A DNA stretch of 64,000 nt from Gnetum montanum (taxonomy: Eukaryota > Plantae > Gnetophyta), in contig MNCI01000651.1 in the NCBI GenBank assembly GCA_015680685.1, positions 1,665,832 through 1,729,831 on the forward strand, read 5' to 3'. The translations under genes were made by a program, and so were the position numbers. Shown here one piece after another: positions 1-12,650 of the stretch. How positions within the stretch are numbered: position 1 is the stretch's first letter; the number at the start of each line of letters is the position of its first letter. The notes below the pieces were generated by a model. It was given only the letters and a program-made list of their open reading frames with translations. It searched no databases and had not been told where the DNA came from.

Positions 1-752
1 GAACCATACCATGCAAAGACCCATGCATTTTTGTATTTATTGTGTCCAAGGGATGTGCTTTAAATCTTCATCTCTCTTCTTTTTTTTTTGATGAGGACCA
101 CACCATGCAAAGGCTTTTTTGACTTCCTATTGTGGAATGACACAGAATGGTGTGAAGCTCACGAGAAAACTCCCACACATAGGAAAATAGAAAAGTACAA
201 AGAATAACACATTACTTTAAAGCCACATCTTGTCCAAACCTTTGATTCCTTTCCAATTTTGGAAACTGTACAAGTCCCCAATTTATTAAGGTTGCATTAA
301 TGAAAAAGGAACTGCACATTTTCAAAATAAGGAAAACCATGGAGTATGTGGATGGGTGGATGATGTAGACTCACTACCTGTTACATGAAAAGAAACCATG
401 TCCTAGTTGTAATTAATGACATTGAAAGTCAGAAACTAGACATCAACAATCAAATTACAAATGAAACATACCACCATCGAGTAGCACATTACCATTGTAC
501 CTAACACCTTATTAGCAAAAAGAGTAGATAGATACATCAAACACAAGAAAATATATAAAAAAGTAAAAGATTATACAATAAATATCAAATATATTAGCGA
601 TTGTGTAAAAAAAAAAACTTAGAAAAGATCAATAACCTGAAAAATACAAAGATGTAAAACAAAGATGCAAAACAAAGAATATGAAAATGAAAAGTTGTAA
701 AACTAAAAATGTGTACAAAAAAAGTCAAAAGATTGAGGAGCCATGTAAAGTA

Positions 753-2120
753 TTAGTATGAGTGTCCATCTCCCCCATGACTAAGTTGGAAGGGGGAGAT
801 CCGAAAGATTGAGCATGGTTGTCCATTTGGCGAGGTGTCTGTGGAGTTGGTTGGATTGGGCTTATGGAAAGGTTTTACTTGTTGGATGTTGACTAATTGT
901 TTCTTATCTGGGTTGTCAAGTTTATAGATAATCATGGTCCTAAATTAAAAAGTCTCATCAATAATGTAAGGTCCTTCACAAAATGTTTGAAATTTGGTTC
1001 ATTGGGGTACGTGTGCAGGATTCTAGTAGAGGACCTTGTCTCCTAGTTGAAATGTGAATTTTCTTATTTTGAGGTCATGACATTTCTTATTAAATGGCTT
1101 ATGAATTTCATTGGATGATAGGACCATTAACTAATTTTCATCTAGCAAGTTGAGGTTCATTAATCATTTTTTCTATGCTAGACTTAGATTCAAGTTAAGA
1201 TCATAGGCTGTAGAGAGTGTACAGAGCTTGGATTGGATGGGTAGTGTTAGTAGTTTTTCATACATAAGCTCATAGGGAGAATAACCTATGGGAAGCTTCC
1301 ATGTGGAGTAATAGGCCCAAAGGGCATCATTTAATTTGGTGCTCTAGTCCCTTCAGTATTTGCTAATGGTGTGCATTAGAATTTTTGTAATCTCCCGATT
1401 AGTGACCTCAGCTTGACCATTGGGTTGGGGTGATATGGTGTTGTGAGTTTGTGCTCAATCCCCAAGCATTGCATAAGTTTTCAAAAAGTGGCACCCATAA
1501 AATGAGTTCCATTATTATAAATTAATGCATGAGGCACACCAAACCTATTTATGATATTTTGTTGTACAAATCGAGTAGCAGTAGTGGATGTATAGTTGGT
1601 TATAGCTACTGCTTCTGCCCACTTAGTGCAATAGTCAATTGTGACTATGATATATGAATTTCCATTTGACAAAGGTGCGATTGGACCCATAAAGTCAATG
1701 CCCCAAATATCAAATGGCTTAAGAGGCTAAATCCATTACTATGGCCCCTCCATTCAAGTTGTCATCCCACTAGCCCTTTGAAAATGATCACAAGCACAGA
1801 TGAATTGGTGTACATCCCTAAAGATTGTTGGCCAATAATATCCCGCCATGAGGATTTTTATGGCTGTGCATCTCCCAACATAATGGCCCCCACAAGGGCC
1901 TTCCTGAGCATCCTGGAGAATGCGTAGTTGATTTGTGTCAGGGACACACCAGTGTACTAGGCCATCAGGATAGACTTGGTAAAGGTTCCCATTAATTTCC
2001 ATGAAATGCTTAACTTGGTGAAGAAACTGTTGTTTCTTTCTAGTGTCTAGTCCTTGTGGTAGTTCTTTCTTAAGTAGATAAGTGAGGATGGTGTCATACC
2101 ATTTTGGTTCATCAAACATC
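753..2120 (-). pseudogene. pol: Gypsy integrase (zinc-binding, core, C-terminal), disrupted
   Basis: [65 protein letters not shown]; stops and frameshifts. Confidence 0.93.
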
Positions 2121-2249
2121 TATGCATTAATAGCCCCTGCAAGAAGAGATTTGTTAGGGAATTGATTAAATAAGGGGCTCTCTTTCTCCTTGTTGTCCCA
2201 TCTTCGCCATGATAAGTCATCGATGACCACATTCTCCACACCTTTTCAA

Positions 2250-3490
2250 TATACCATTGTGAGATCAAACTCTTGAAAAACCATGAGCCACCATATGAAA
2301 TAGGGGCTCACCATTGGTTTATTCATTAGAAATTAGATGGCACTATGATCTGTGTGCATGAACACTTTATAGCCAAGCACATAGTGCCTAAACTTCTCTA
2401 ATGCGAACACCACTACCATCAATTCCTTTCTATGGTGGTGTAGTTTAGTCATGCACTTGCAATGCTTTGGATTGTGCAATGAATGTAATATGGACATTTT
2501 TGGTCATCCATCTACGTAAGCACTACCCCCAAAGCATAATTTGATGCATTAGTCTTTACATGAAATAGTTTGGACCAATCAGGTGCTTGTAGAATTAGGG
2601 TTTCAACAAGCTTTTGCATTAGTTGCTAAAATGCTATTTCACATCTAGAGGTCTAGAAAAATGATGCATCCTTCTTTATTAATTCCACCAATTGCTTGAC
2701 GATTTTGGAGAAATTCTCAATGAAATGCCGATAGTAGCCTATATGATCAAGGAATGCTTGCACTTCTTTAACTGTTTCGAGTTGATAGGTTATTCCTTGG
2801 ATGATCCTTATTTTTTCAAGGTCCACCTCAATTCCTACTTTTGAGATACCATGCCCCAAGATTGTGCCTTCTTGGACCATAAGATGGCTCTTTTGCCAAT
2901 TGATCCGGAGGTTTTTTTCAACACATCTCCTCAACAACTGCTCAAGATGGTCCAAGGCTTGCTCGAACGTATCTCCATAGGTAGAAAAGTCATCCATGAA
3001 AACTTCTATCCCACTATTGATTTGTTATTGGAAAATGCTAAGGACTAGTCATTGAAATGTGGTTGGGGCATTAGATAGATAGAATGACATCTGATGGTAA
3101 GAAAAAGTCTCTTAAGAACTTGTGAAAGTTTTCTTCATCTGGTCCTCTGGTGTAATTTGAATTTGATTATAGCCATTATAACCATCCATAAAGCTATAAT
3201 AGCTATGCCTAGAAATGGTGTCCAACACTTGGTCAACAAAAGGCAATGGAAAATGATCTTTGAAAGTTGCCATGTTGAGTAGCCGAAAGTCAATGCACAC
3301 CCACCATTTGCCTTCTTTCTTGAGCACAATCATAAGTGTATTGACCCACTCACTGTCTACAGCAGGGAAGATGAATCCTGCCTTGAGGAGTTGTTCAATC
3401 TTCTCTTTGAGAATCTACTTTAATTTGGGATTTAAATGTCATTGCGGTTGTCATTTCAGCTTAATGGTAGGGTCAGTGTATATCCGATAC
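2250..3490 (-). pseudogene. pol: Gypsy reverse transcriptase and RNase H, disrupted
   Basis: WWVCIDFRLLNMATFKDHFPLPFVDQVL, FMDGYNGYNQI, FMDDFSTYG, FLDHIGYYRHFIENFSKI; RH motifs FHVKTNASNYA and FMHTDHSA. Confidence 0.93.
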
Positions 3491-3966
3491 TAGCATACTC
3501 TTGGATCTATACCAATGAGCTTGAAAGATGACCAGGCAAAGGCTACTGACCATTTTTCCACAACCTTCATCAACATTTTCTTTTGTTCTATAGCAAGCTT
3601 GACATTAATAATGACCAACCTTCCATTTTTCAAAAACACATACTCCATTTCAGCTAGTAGTGTCTTCAATTCAAGGGGTTCTTGTTTAAAATTGTCAAGA
3701 ATCTCCAACTCTTCCCAATTGGCATCATCATTTACTCCTTTGGAGTGTTGGTGATGAACTTACTCAAGTTCATCCATACTTTTAACATATTCATATGTTA
3801 GGCCCTCAGAAGGTTTCATGCACAATGTACTACTGCTAGAATTAGCTATTAGCCACTGGGTGCCTTCTTGTTTTGTGGCTGCTACATACAGACATATTTG
3901 GATTTTAGCTTCTGGTGCACATTGCTTGCATGTAGAGATAGATGTTTGCTTCATTGACCATAACTT

Positions 3967-4400
3967 CTACACATAATGACACCTTAAATCGCTATATGCG
4001 ATACATGGAACCCTCTTCTTCTCGATCTTTCGACATTCATTTTCTTTAGATATCTCCAAGGAAAGATCTCTAATGTGCATTTTGGCATCAATGGTACTTA
4101 AATATGCCCTTCCCATAATAATTGGGAAGTCCCCCTTGTAGTTCTTCACCTTGATTACTAGGAAGTCAATAGGATATGACCATCCACAAATAGTGGTTAT
4201 GATGTCCTCTACTAGTCCCAATGGAATAGTGATGGACTAGTTTGCCAGTTCCAGCTAGATGTTGCTCTTCTTCAAGGGAGGAAGGTTCCACATCATGTAC
4301 ATCTCATGCAAGATCAAATTAACATTGGAACTAGAGTCAAGAAGAGCTTTACAAGGCTCATTCCTAGCAATTTGTAAATATACTAGGGGACTCCTGGGAT
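3967..4400 (-). pseudogene. Gypsy aspartic protease, disrupted
   Basis: ALLDSSSNVNLI, then PLGLVEDIITTICGWSYPIDFLVI...PIIMGRAYLST (Athila-type). Confidence 0.85.
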
Positions 4401-4449
4401 TAGCTAACTTCTTGGGTAGGTTACCAGCTCAAATCCAATTAGATATAGC

Positions 4450-6894
4450 ATGGGTTAACATTACAAGATGGATTCGAGAGGGATTTGGTTTGAAGGGGAC
4501 TTGGATAAAGGTGAGACAGAGGAAGGTGGAGGAGTAGGGTTACCAACCACTGATGTGTCTAAGGGCTTTAGTGGACTATGAGGTTAGAAGAAGGGCCTTT
4601 TCTTTGATTGTGATTTCGACCCACTTGGTGGGTTAACCGGTTGTAGATTAACCACCCTTGTAGCATTTCTTTGCTATGGTTGGGTAGGTAATTCACCTGG
4701 TAGGGATAGAGGAGTAGGTGGTAGCTGTGTAGGAGATGGAGGAGTAGGTGTAAGGATAGGAGGAGCATGAGGATAGTAGGTGGCATCCCTCCTTGGATAG
4801 GGTGATTGGTATACTTCAAGAGGGTAGTGGTGAGGTTGGTAAGTGGCCACATGACTAGAGGAGTCTTGTGGAGATGAAGGTTCTAAACATAGTAGCCATA
4901 AGAATCTGGTTTTTGGTAAGGGTACTACTATCTTGGAGGTGTTAATGCTCATGATTGTGGTTTTTGCCACTGCTAGTATAATTTTTAGGATTGCGGCAGA
5001 GTTCCACTTGGATGGTACTATTGTGGTTGGTGGAACTATTGAGCATTGCCTTATGGATAAGGTAATATTTTGGGTGTTTGCCTTTGTGCAAGTCGTGGAT
5101 GTAGGGCATACACCCTAGATTCCTGCAAGTGTGACATAATTGGGTAACATCCCTTAGGATGTTCACACTGACAGGCGTCACATCCACCATCATCATTTGA
5201 GTGATTGTCTACAACCATATCTATTGCAACTATTTTACTCCTTGGACTCTTCAACAATTTTTAAGACAACTTGAATCTTGTTGTCCATAGAGTCCCATAA
5301 TTGATCAACCTTAGTCATGATTTTTGATTGCAACTTCTAGAGGGAGTGGAAAGGTTTTTTGGTTAGCCACCTCATCTCTAGTGAACTCATCCTCACTATA
5401 ACAAAATCAAACCCCCCTTTTGTAGATAGCAGGATTCCTGTTGTATTCCTCTATACTTTATCACTTTCTCAATTCTCCCTCCTCCTTGGCTACTTGCTTA
5501 AGTAACTTTTGAATCCAATGGACACTTAACTCTGTCAATATCCCTTGGGCATAGATGCCAAGGGTGTTCCTTGTTTCAAACTACAACCCATCTATGATAT
5601 GGTGAAGTTGATCAAGCTGAGAGTATCCATGGTCGGGACACCTATGCAATAGAGAGTAGTATTGGCTAATAGTGGCATCCAAGGGCTCATGGTTTCCTTG
5701 TTTCCACCCTTGGATCTGCTTCCTCAGATTGGACACTCAAGAGTATGTTTGATATTTGTCATTGAGAAATTCCAACATCGTACTCCACTGCTTGATTGAT
5801 TCTAGCTCCAAGGATTGGTACCAATTTTCTGCTTCCTTAATGAGTGTCCTTGGAAATAATTTTAACTTTTTCCAGTCATTCTCAATATTATGCAAAGCAC
5901 ATGCATCTTGGAAGGCCTAGAGATGATTATGCAAATCACCATCATAACCTCCCTCAAATTGAGAGATGTTGTTCATGTCTAGCCTCTTTATTCTGCTATC
6001 CTTTACATGCCTTATTGGAATCCTCATGGCCTGTACAATGTTTAAAATGCTCCAACTGGCAAGTAGAAGTTCATCAAGGCCATGGTAATGGTGCCTACAA
6101 TGTTCTCTACTAGCCCTTCTTTGTTGATGATGGGTTTATTTAGATTTCCCACACCTCTGATCATGACTATCCTGATGGTCCCTTCTATTGTTCTAGTCTT
6201 TTTGGTCACCTCCATCATGGTTATTCCCTATGTGGCCACAATTTGAGCCAGATGAAGAAGAAGATGATGATGATGAAGGGGAAGAGGAAGGAGAACTTGC
6301 TCTATGCTAAAGCCTATCACCGTTCCTTTGATGATCATGATCACAATCGCAATCATGACCTTCTTTTTCCCTTTTATCATGACTTGCCCCTCCAAATCCA
6401 TTTTTTTCCTTGGATCCATTTTAACTAGAACTTGGATTATGAATTGTGGATTGCACATTCTAGTTGAGGGCCCCCTGAACAAAGTCAAAGAGAGGAGAAT
6501 CACCAAAGAAGTGGTCACCTCCATCTAATGGGCCAAGCAAAGGTGGAAAAATGTTTGATCCCTTGCCCTTCACAAGCTCATGTTGGTGCTCTAGATGATG
6601 ATCCCTTAACCTTTGTGCTTCAGTTGAATGATAATCACTTGAATCAAGCTCGTACTCTCTGTGAAGATGTTGATGCCCATGTCATGCGAGCATTAGCTGG
6701 AGCATAGTTGGAACAGATTGATTAGGTGGCAACACAATGTTGTCTTCCATGTCACATCATCATAGCATTTCATCTTGATGCAAGATAAAGGTGAAGTCTG
6801 GTACATACTCATCAGGATGAGCATATACCACCTAGTATTGCTGAGCCACTTGGTCTACCCTGGGCAGAGATAGGCTCCTATGAGAAGAAGATAT
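4450..6894 (-). pseudogene. gag: gag with long low-complexity N-terminal extension and Pro-rich C-terminal region, disrupted
   Basis: Retrotransposon-gag-like block (KLKLFPRTLIKEAENWY...RCPDHGY) near 5550-5950; start homologous to MSSSHR at 28579. Confidence 0.75.
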
Positions 6895-7039
6895 TTTATG
6901 TTAATGAACTTATAGGTAGTGTGTAGTTAAGGTTTAATTGGATTATAATTCTAATTTTTTTTGGAAGATTTGACTCTTAGGGTTCGAACAACGAGGTTAC
7001 TAAGTTTCACTTGGTTTAGATAGTGCACATAGAACTAAA

Positions 7040-7058
7040 GTCCTTGATAATGGTGCCA
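7040..7058 (-). other. Primer-binding site, Athila type (tRNA-Asp-like), decayed
   Basis: Minus strand TGGCACCATTATCAAGGAC, 1 nt after the LTR end ...GCTCATCA; resembles the Athila PBS TGGCGCCGTTGCCGGGGA, differing mostly by G-to-A changes. Confidence 0.7.
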
Positions 7059-7059
7059 A

Positions 7060-7900
7060 TGATGAGCTACGAGGTACCCCTACACCCAACCATATGAATC
7101 ATAGGCATTTTCATACAATCTAGTTGAATTCTATAGACTTTAATTACCAAGTACGCTAGAGCTAAATAGTGTGTACGTGTTGTCTGTTCATTGTCTTTCC
7201 AATTCCACTTGTGAAATACAATTGTATGGTTAAGTGTGATTAAGGCATAAGATTTTTATTATTTTGTGTTTTATAAATTTTCTCACCTAGAACAAGAATA
7301 AAAATAAGAGTAATTAAGTGCTAAGTAAACTACGGTCTAATCTAGCCTAACATAAGTAACCATTCCGACTTCCCAGATACATCCTGAACTTTGTGTAAAC
7401 ACTGCTGGGTTGTCAAACACTAATCATTTCTAAGCTACCAAGTGTCATACATATGTTCGATGGGGTCATGCTTGTGTATTTTAATCAGTTGCTTAATGAA
7501 TCAAAATTAATTGTTGAATGAATAACATTAATGTAAATTAGATGAAATCACAATATAAATAAATGCATACGAAAGAAAGTCTCAAGTGCTGCAAGGTGAA
7601 TCAAAGAGCTCATCTTTATTACCAACACAATGGTGTGTTTAGGTACATCAATGCTTGAATAAAGATTCAATCACACTTAGATCTCCTACTGTGGGTACTT
7701 GGAAAATATTCTAACTCTCAAATGGACAAACTATAAGAGTTTTGCTACTTGACTACCAAAAACTACTCCCAATCATGTGCCCGGGGGCTATATTTATAGA
7801 CTCAGGAATAACCCTGTGATATCGAATGCACGATATCGCATCTTGGACTATGATATCACGTATTTGATATTGTGTACTCGATGTCATGGTTGCTCCGATA
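7060..7900 (-). repeat. 5' LTR of A1 (outer end truncated)
   Basis: Reverse-complement homology to LTR 27469-28427; TATA box CTATAAATATAG on minus strand near 7788-7799; GATATC-type repeats at 7815-7885. Confidence 0.85.
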
Positions 7901-7909
7901 TTGGAGCAT

Positions 7910-10900
7910 ATGAAAAACATGATTCATCAATTTGTAATGGGGTTATTTCCTTTCAAAATTTATGCTTTAGAATGGAAAAAATTTTACATGATATGGAAAT
8001 AAAAACTACAACTCTTAATTTTGAATGTTTATATCTTAAGAAAGGAAACTCAGAACTAATGATTGAGGTTCAAAAGTTAACAAGTGTTGTTGAGAAAACT
8101 AACAAGTTATCAGATGAAATGCTTAACATTGAAAGACACATTGAAGAGAGAGGTCAAGACCAAAGACATCTACATAGCAAAGCATCATCATCAAGTTTTT
8201 CAAACTTAAAGAAATATTCTTCTAGGTATAATAATGTAGTTAAATTTAAAAATATAAGTTATTTCTACTGTGAGAAAATTGGATATGTTAGAGCTTGTTG
8301 TTATTTATGGTTAACAAATTATGCTTGATATTTTCAAAAATAGCCTAAGAAAAGGTGCTTTGTTTGAGAATAAAGTTTGGAGGCAAATAGAGAAGAGCTT
8401 TGAATAAGGAATTATTACACAAGTTTCACTCTCTGTTGTTAAAACGAGCACATGGTGCATTGATAATGATTGTTCAAGATATATGATAAAAGAAAAATGT
8501 TAATTTGTACACTTCTCATTATAGAATTATGAAACTATCACCTTTTGAGATGATATGAAAGCTCCAATCAAAGGTATTGGTACCATTGGAGGTAAAGGTA
8601 AGGGTCAACCTATTGTCAATCAAGTCATTTTTTGTGAAGGACTAAAACATAATGGTCTTAGTATTAGTTAACTTTGTGATTCAAATTTTGATGTTAACTT
8701 TTCTAAAAATACTTGTAAAATAAAAGATTTGCTATCTAGAAAAATTATTATTGAAGGGAATAGAAAGGAAAATATTTATATTACTATTTTTAGTGATAAC
8801 CCTAACCTTGAATCTTAATTCTTGATTAGTAGTACAACTAATGTTCATATGTGGCATAGAAAATTAGGTCACATAAACAAATACATTCTTTTAACCCTTG
8901 TCTTCTAAGAGATGGGTTGAAGGTTGCTAAAAATTAAAAATTTCTCTTTGAATAGTTGTAAGGTTTGTTAAAAAAAAAAGCAAATAAGGGTAAGGTTTGG
9001 TAAAAAAAAATGCATATCTACCTCTCATTTGTTAGATTTATTTCACATGAATTTAGTTGGTCCTTCTCAAACTCTTAGTTTGGAAAAAAAGATCTTTTTT
9101 GATGATTTCTCTTGATTCACTTGGGTTACCTTCTTATATCATAAGGATAAAGTTTTTGATCATTTTATGAGAATTTGTAATTGGATACAAAATGAAAAAG
9201 GTTATGGTATCAAGGTCATCTCATCTAAAGTGACAATGGAGGTGAATTCAAGAATGCTAAATTTGAGCAATATTATTAAATGAATGACGTTCTACATTAA
9301 TTATTCCCTCATGAATCCTCAACAGAATGGTATTATGGAAAGAAAAAAAACAAGATCTTGAATGAAATGGAAAGAACTATTCTGAATGATAAAAATCTTC
9401 CCTATCACTTTTGGGCTAAAGTGATTAATACTACTTGCGATGTCTCCAACAAAGTTTTGGTAAGAAGATTCACTACTAAAACTCCTTATGAATTAGGGAC
9501 TAGTAAAAAGCCATCTATTGGTTATTTTCATGTTTTTGGTTCAAAATACTATATTCTTAATAAAAAAGATGCTTTGAGAAAATTTTATTTCAAAACTAAT
9601 GAGGAAAAAGTTTTAGAATATTCAACCATCAATAGGGCTTATAGAGTTTTGAACAAAAGAACTAATACTTTTGAAGAAACTCTAAATATTAAAATAGATG
9701 ATAGTGATGGTCCTACTGCACAATTTGATGATGAAGAAGTTCTTATCCAAAAGGTATCTAGCTCTTCCTAGGTTCAAATTAATAGGGTTAGAAATAGAAA
9801 GTGAGCATGAGATTACCTATTCAACTCAGCCCAAAATACCTAGATTTTATAGATCACATTCTATAAATGATGTTATTGGACAAGCAAAAGATAAAATTCA
9901 AAATAGGACACAAACAAAAGAAATGTGTGCTTATGCTACTTATCTTTCACAACATGAACCAAAAAAATTTAAAAAGGTAGAAATAAAAGAAGGATGGATC
10001 TTAGCTATGCAAGAGGAATTAAATTAATTCACTAGAAATGATGTGCAAAAATTGACTTCTAAAATTAATCACAAATAGATAAGTGGAAAAAAATGGAGTT
10101 TTAGGAATAAACAAATGAAAATGACAACATTATTGAAAACAAAGCAAGGTTAGTTACTAGAGGATACAACCAGTAAGAAGGAAATGATTTTAAAGAAATG
10201 TTTGCTCCTATGGCTAGACTTGAATCTATCACACTTCTCTTAGCCTATGCAAGTACTAAAAAAATATAATTATATTAAATGGATGTGAAGAGTTTCTTTT
10301 TAAATGGGAATATTGAAGAGAAATTTTATGTTGAACAACCTAAAGGATTTGTGAATCCAATTCATCGAAATTATGTTTTCAAATTAAATAGGATTCTCTA
10401 TGGACTCAAATAAACTCCTGGAGCTTGGTATCATAGAATTTCACATCACATCATATCATATCATTTAAATGAAAAAGGTAAATATTTAATTATTATGCAA
10501 ATTTATGTAGATGATATTATATTTGGATCTACTACTGAGATTTTGTGGAAGAAATTCTCTAACCTCATGCAAATAAAGTTTGAAATGAGCATGATGGGAG
10601 AACTCAATAATTTCCTTGGCTTTCAAATTAATGAAACAAAAGATGGAATCATCATTTTTCAAACTAATTACATCAAAGATCTTTTACACAAATTCAGTTT
10701 GGTAGATGTATAGTTAAAAGCTACACCTATGGATGCAAACTTCAAAATTACCAAAGATGATCAAGAAAAGTTTGTTGATCTCAAGCTCTATATATTTATG
10801 GTTGGTAGTTTACTCTACTTACATGCTCATAGGCCTGATATAGCCTTAAGTATTGGAATTTACACTAGGTATCAAGCTAATCCCAAAGAATTAGATTTAA

Positions 10901-11453
10901 AAGCTATCAAACAAAATTTTCATTACTTAAAAGGTACTACTAATTGGAGACTTTGGTATTCAAAGGACTCCTATCTTGATCTTGCTGGGTATTGTGATGT
11001 AGATTGGGTAGGTTGTACAAATGATTGTCAAAGCAAAAGTGGAAATTGCTTCTTTCTAGAAAAAAGTCTCATGTCTTGGGCAACAAAGAAGCAAATGTAT
11101 AAGCACTTTCTACAGTAGATGTAGAATACATTTCAGTTGAAAGTTGCTGTGCACAAATTTTATAGATAAAGAAAATTATTAAGGATCCAGGAATCCAATA
11201 AAATTTCACACCTATCTTCTATGTCAATAGAATTGCTATCAACATGAGAAAGAACCTTGTTCAATATTCTTGTACAAAACAAATTGAAATTCATCATGAT
11301 TTCATATGACAACATTATTAGCTTAGCCATATAAAGCTAGAATACATTGGGATCGATAGTCAACTTGTTGATGCATTCACCCAACCTCTTGATGAACGAT
11401 GAGTAATTGCCTTATGTAAAGACATGGGGATAGGACCTTGTCCTATCAGGTAA
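7910..11453 (+). pseudogene. pol: Copia gag-pol remnant
   Basis: FYCEKIGYVRACC; WCIDNDCSRYM; WHRKLGHIN; SDNGGEF; TPYELGTSKKPSIGYFHVFGSK; YVDDIIFGS; GYCDVDWVG; many stops. Confidence 0.92.
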
Positions 11454-11640
11454 GCAATTTTCTATTATTTATTTTGAAATAAAAATGAAAATACAAAAAT
11501 AAATATAAATTTTTTTATAGTAATAAAATTTTTAGCATATATTTAAGGGGAGTTTCCATATGAGAACTTCTTTAGGTTAATGTTCAAAAAGTGAGAGATT
11601 ATGTTTTATGCTAACCCATTTTCCATGTTTTGGACATTAC

Positions 11641-11655
11641 CAAAAAAAGGGAGAT
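11641..11655 (+). other. Polypurine tract of the copia element
   Basis: CAAAAAAAGGGAGAT directly before the TGTTG LTR start; related tracts near 11546 and 11585. Confidence 0.8.
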
Positions 11656-12650
11656 TGTTGATCTTTTGGTATGTAAAAACCTTAGAAAATGGAGAATGTT
11701 GAAAGTGTGTTTGTGTGGTCTGGTAGGACTAGGAAAGAATAGAGCATGAACAAGAGCAAATCAAAAGTATGATGAAATTAAGAGCTAGGATGAGAAAATA
11801 AGGGCAAGGATGCAAATATGAGATGACATAAAGTATCAATTGGAAAATGAAGTCTACAAGTCAAATAAAGATATTTCGAGATTCACCGAGATGTCAAAAT
11901 GTTAGAGGAATAGGCCAAAGTTCAAAGTACATTTGTAGGCTAGATGTTCCAAATAAACAGTAGACATCCCAATTGATGCTAGAACGTCCTAGTTGGGATG
12001 TCCCAAGTGAGATGTCATAATTTTCATTGGGACATCCCACCTGAATGTAGGCTATTTTTAGATAGACATTCCAAGTTTGAATGTGACATCTTGACTAGCC
12101 ATTTCTTATCTATTGCATGAATTGCAAGGAGTTTTTGGAAAGTAAAAGGTTATAAAACAAAGTGCAATTCTTGGAAAAGAAACCAACACTATTAATGTGA
12201 TTGTTTCATCATTTTTTATATATTGTGCTATTGTTGGTTCAATTTTTTCTACCATTCGAGAATTATTTTTTGTTATAAGAGTTTGAAAGTAAGAAACTTG
12301 TAAAGCTTAGTTACATTCTGTTTTTGATTCTTTCTTCTCTCTTTGTAGCCCTACAGGGTTGATGTGCTTCTTACAAGAAGGCATCTTATGAACTTGTTGG
12401 GATCTTATTGGGTTGAGTATGCTTCTAGTGAGAATAACTTTGTGTGAAGCTTACATCTTTGTAAAGGTTGTGGTACCCTTTAAACCACATTTTTTAAGGA
12501 ACAATGTCTGTATGTATGTAAGGATTCTATTCTCTAAGTGTGAACGTATCCAAGTTGGGGAATGACATATATTTATGTGCATTTTGATTTTCTTGGTCAT
12601 TAAAATTGGGAAACTTATTCATCCCCCCTTCTAAGTTCTTGGTCCTCACA
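11656..12650 (+). repeat. 3' LTR of the copia element
   Basis: TGTTG...CCTCACA; internal (A/G)GACATCC / GGATGTCC repeats at ~11880-12095; TATAAAA at ~12151. Confidence 0.82.

Larger units (their letters stand above)
1..7900 (-). mobile_element. Athila-like Ty3/gypsy LTR retrotransposon (copy A1), decayed; 3' part runs off the window start, outer end of 5' LTR lost
   Basis: Order on minus strand: LTR, PBS, gag, PR, RT, RH, INT. Colinear with the plus-strand element at 27469-43568, including the 3' non-coding region (1-750 matches ~34740-35480). Confidence 0.93.
7910..12650 (+). mobile_element. Ty1/copia LTR retrotransposon, SIRE/Maximus type, lacking 5' LTR and gag start
   Basis: Order gag(zinc knuckle), PR, INT, RT, RH; RT motif QIYVDDIIFGST; several purine tracts before the 3' LTR; LTR ends near ATTCATCCCCCCT. 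Confidence 0.92.

Noticed and set aside
2851-6528. Many short plus-strand ORFs over A1, and similar shadow ORFs over other pol regions
   Set aside because: Antisense or alternate frames of decayed gag-pol, with no independent coding signal.
7777-8328. 183-aa ORF as a host gene
   Set aside because: Chimera of Athila LTR sequence and copia gag zinc-knuckle region.
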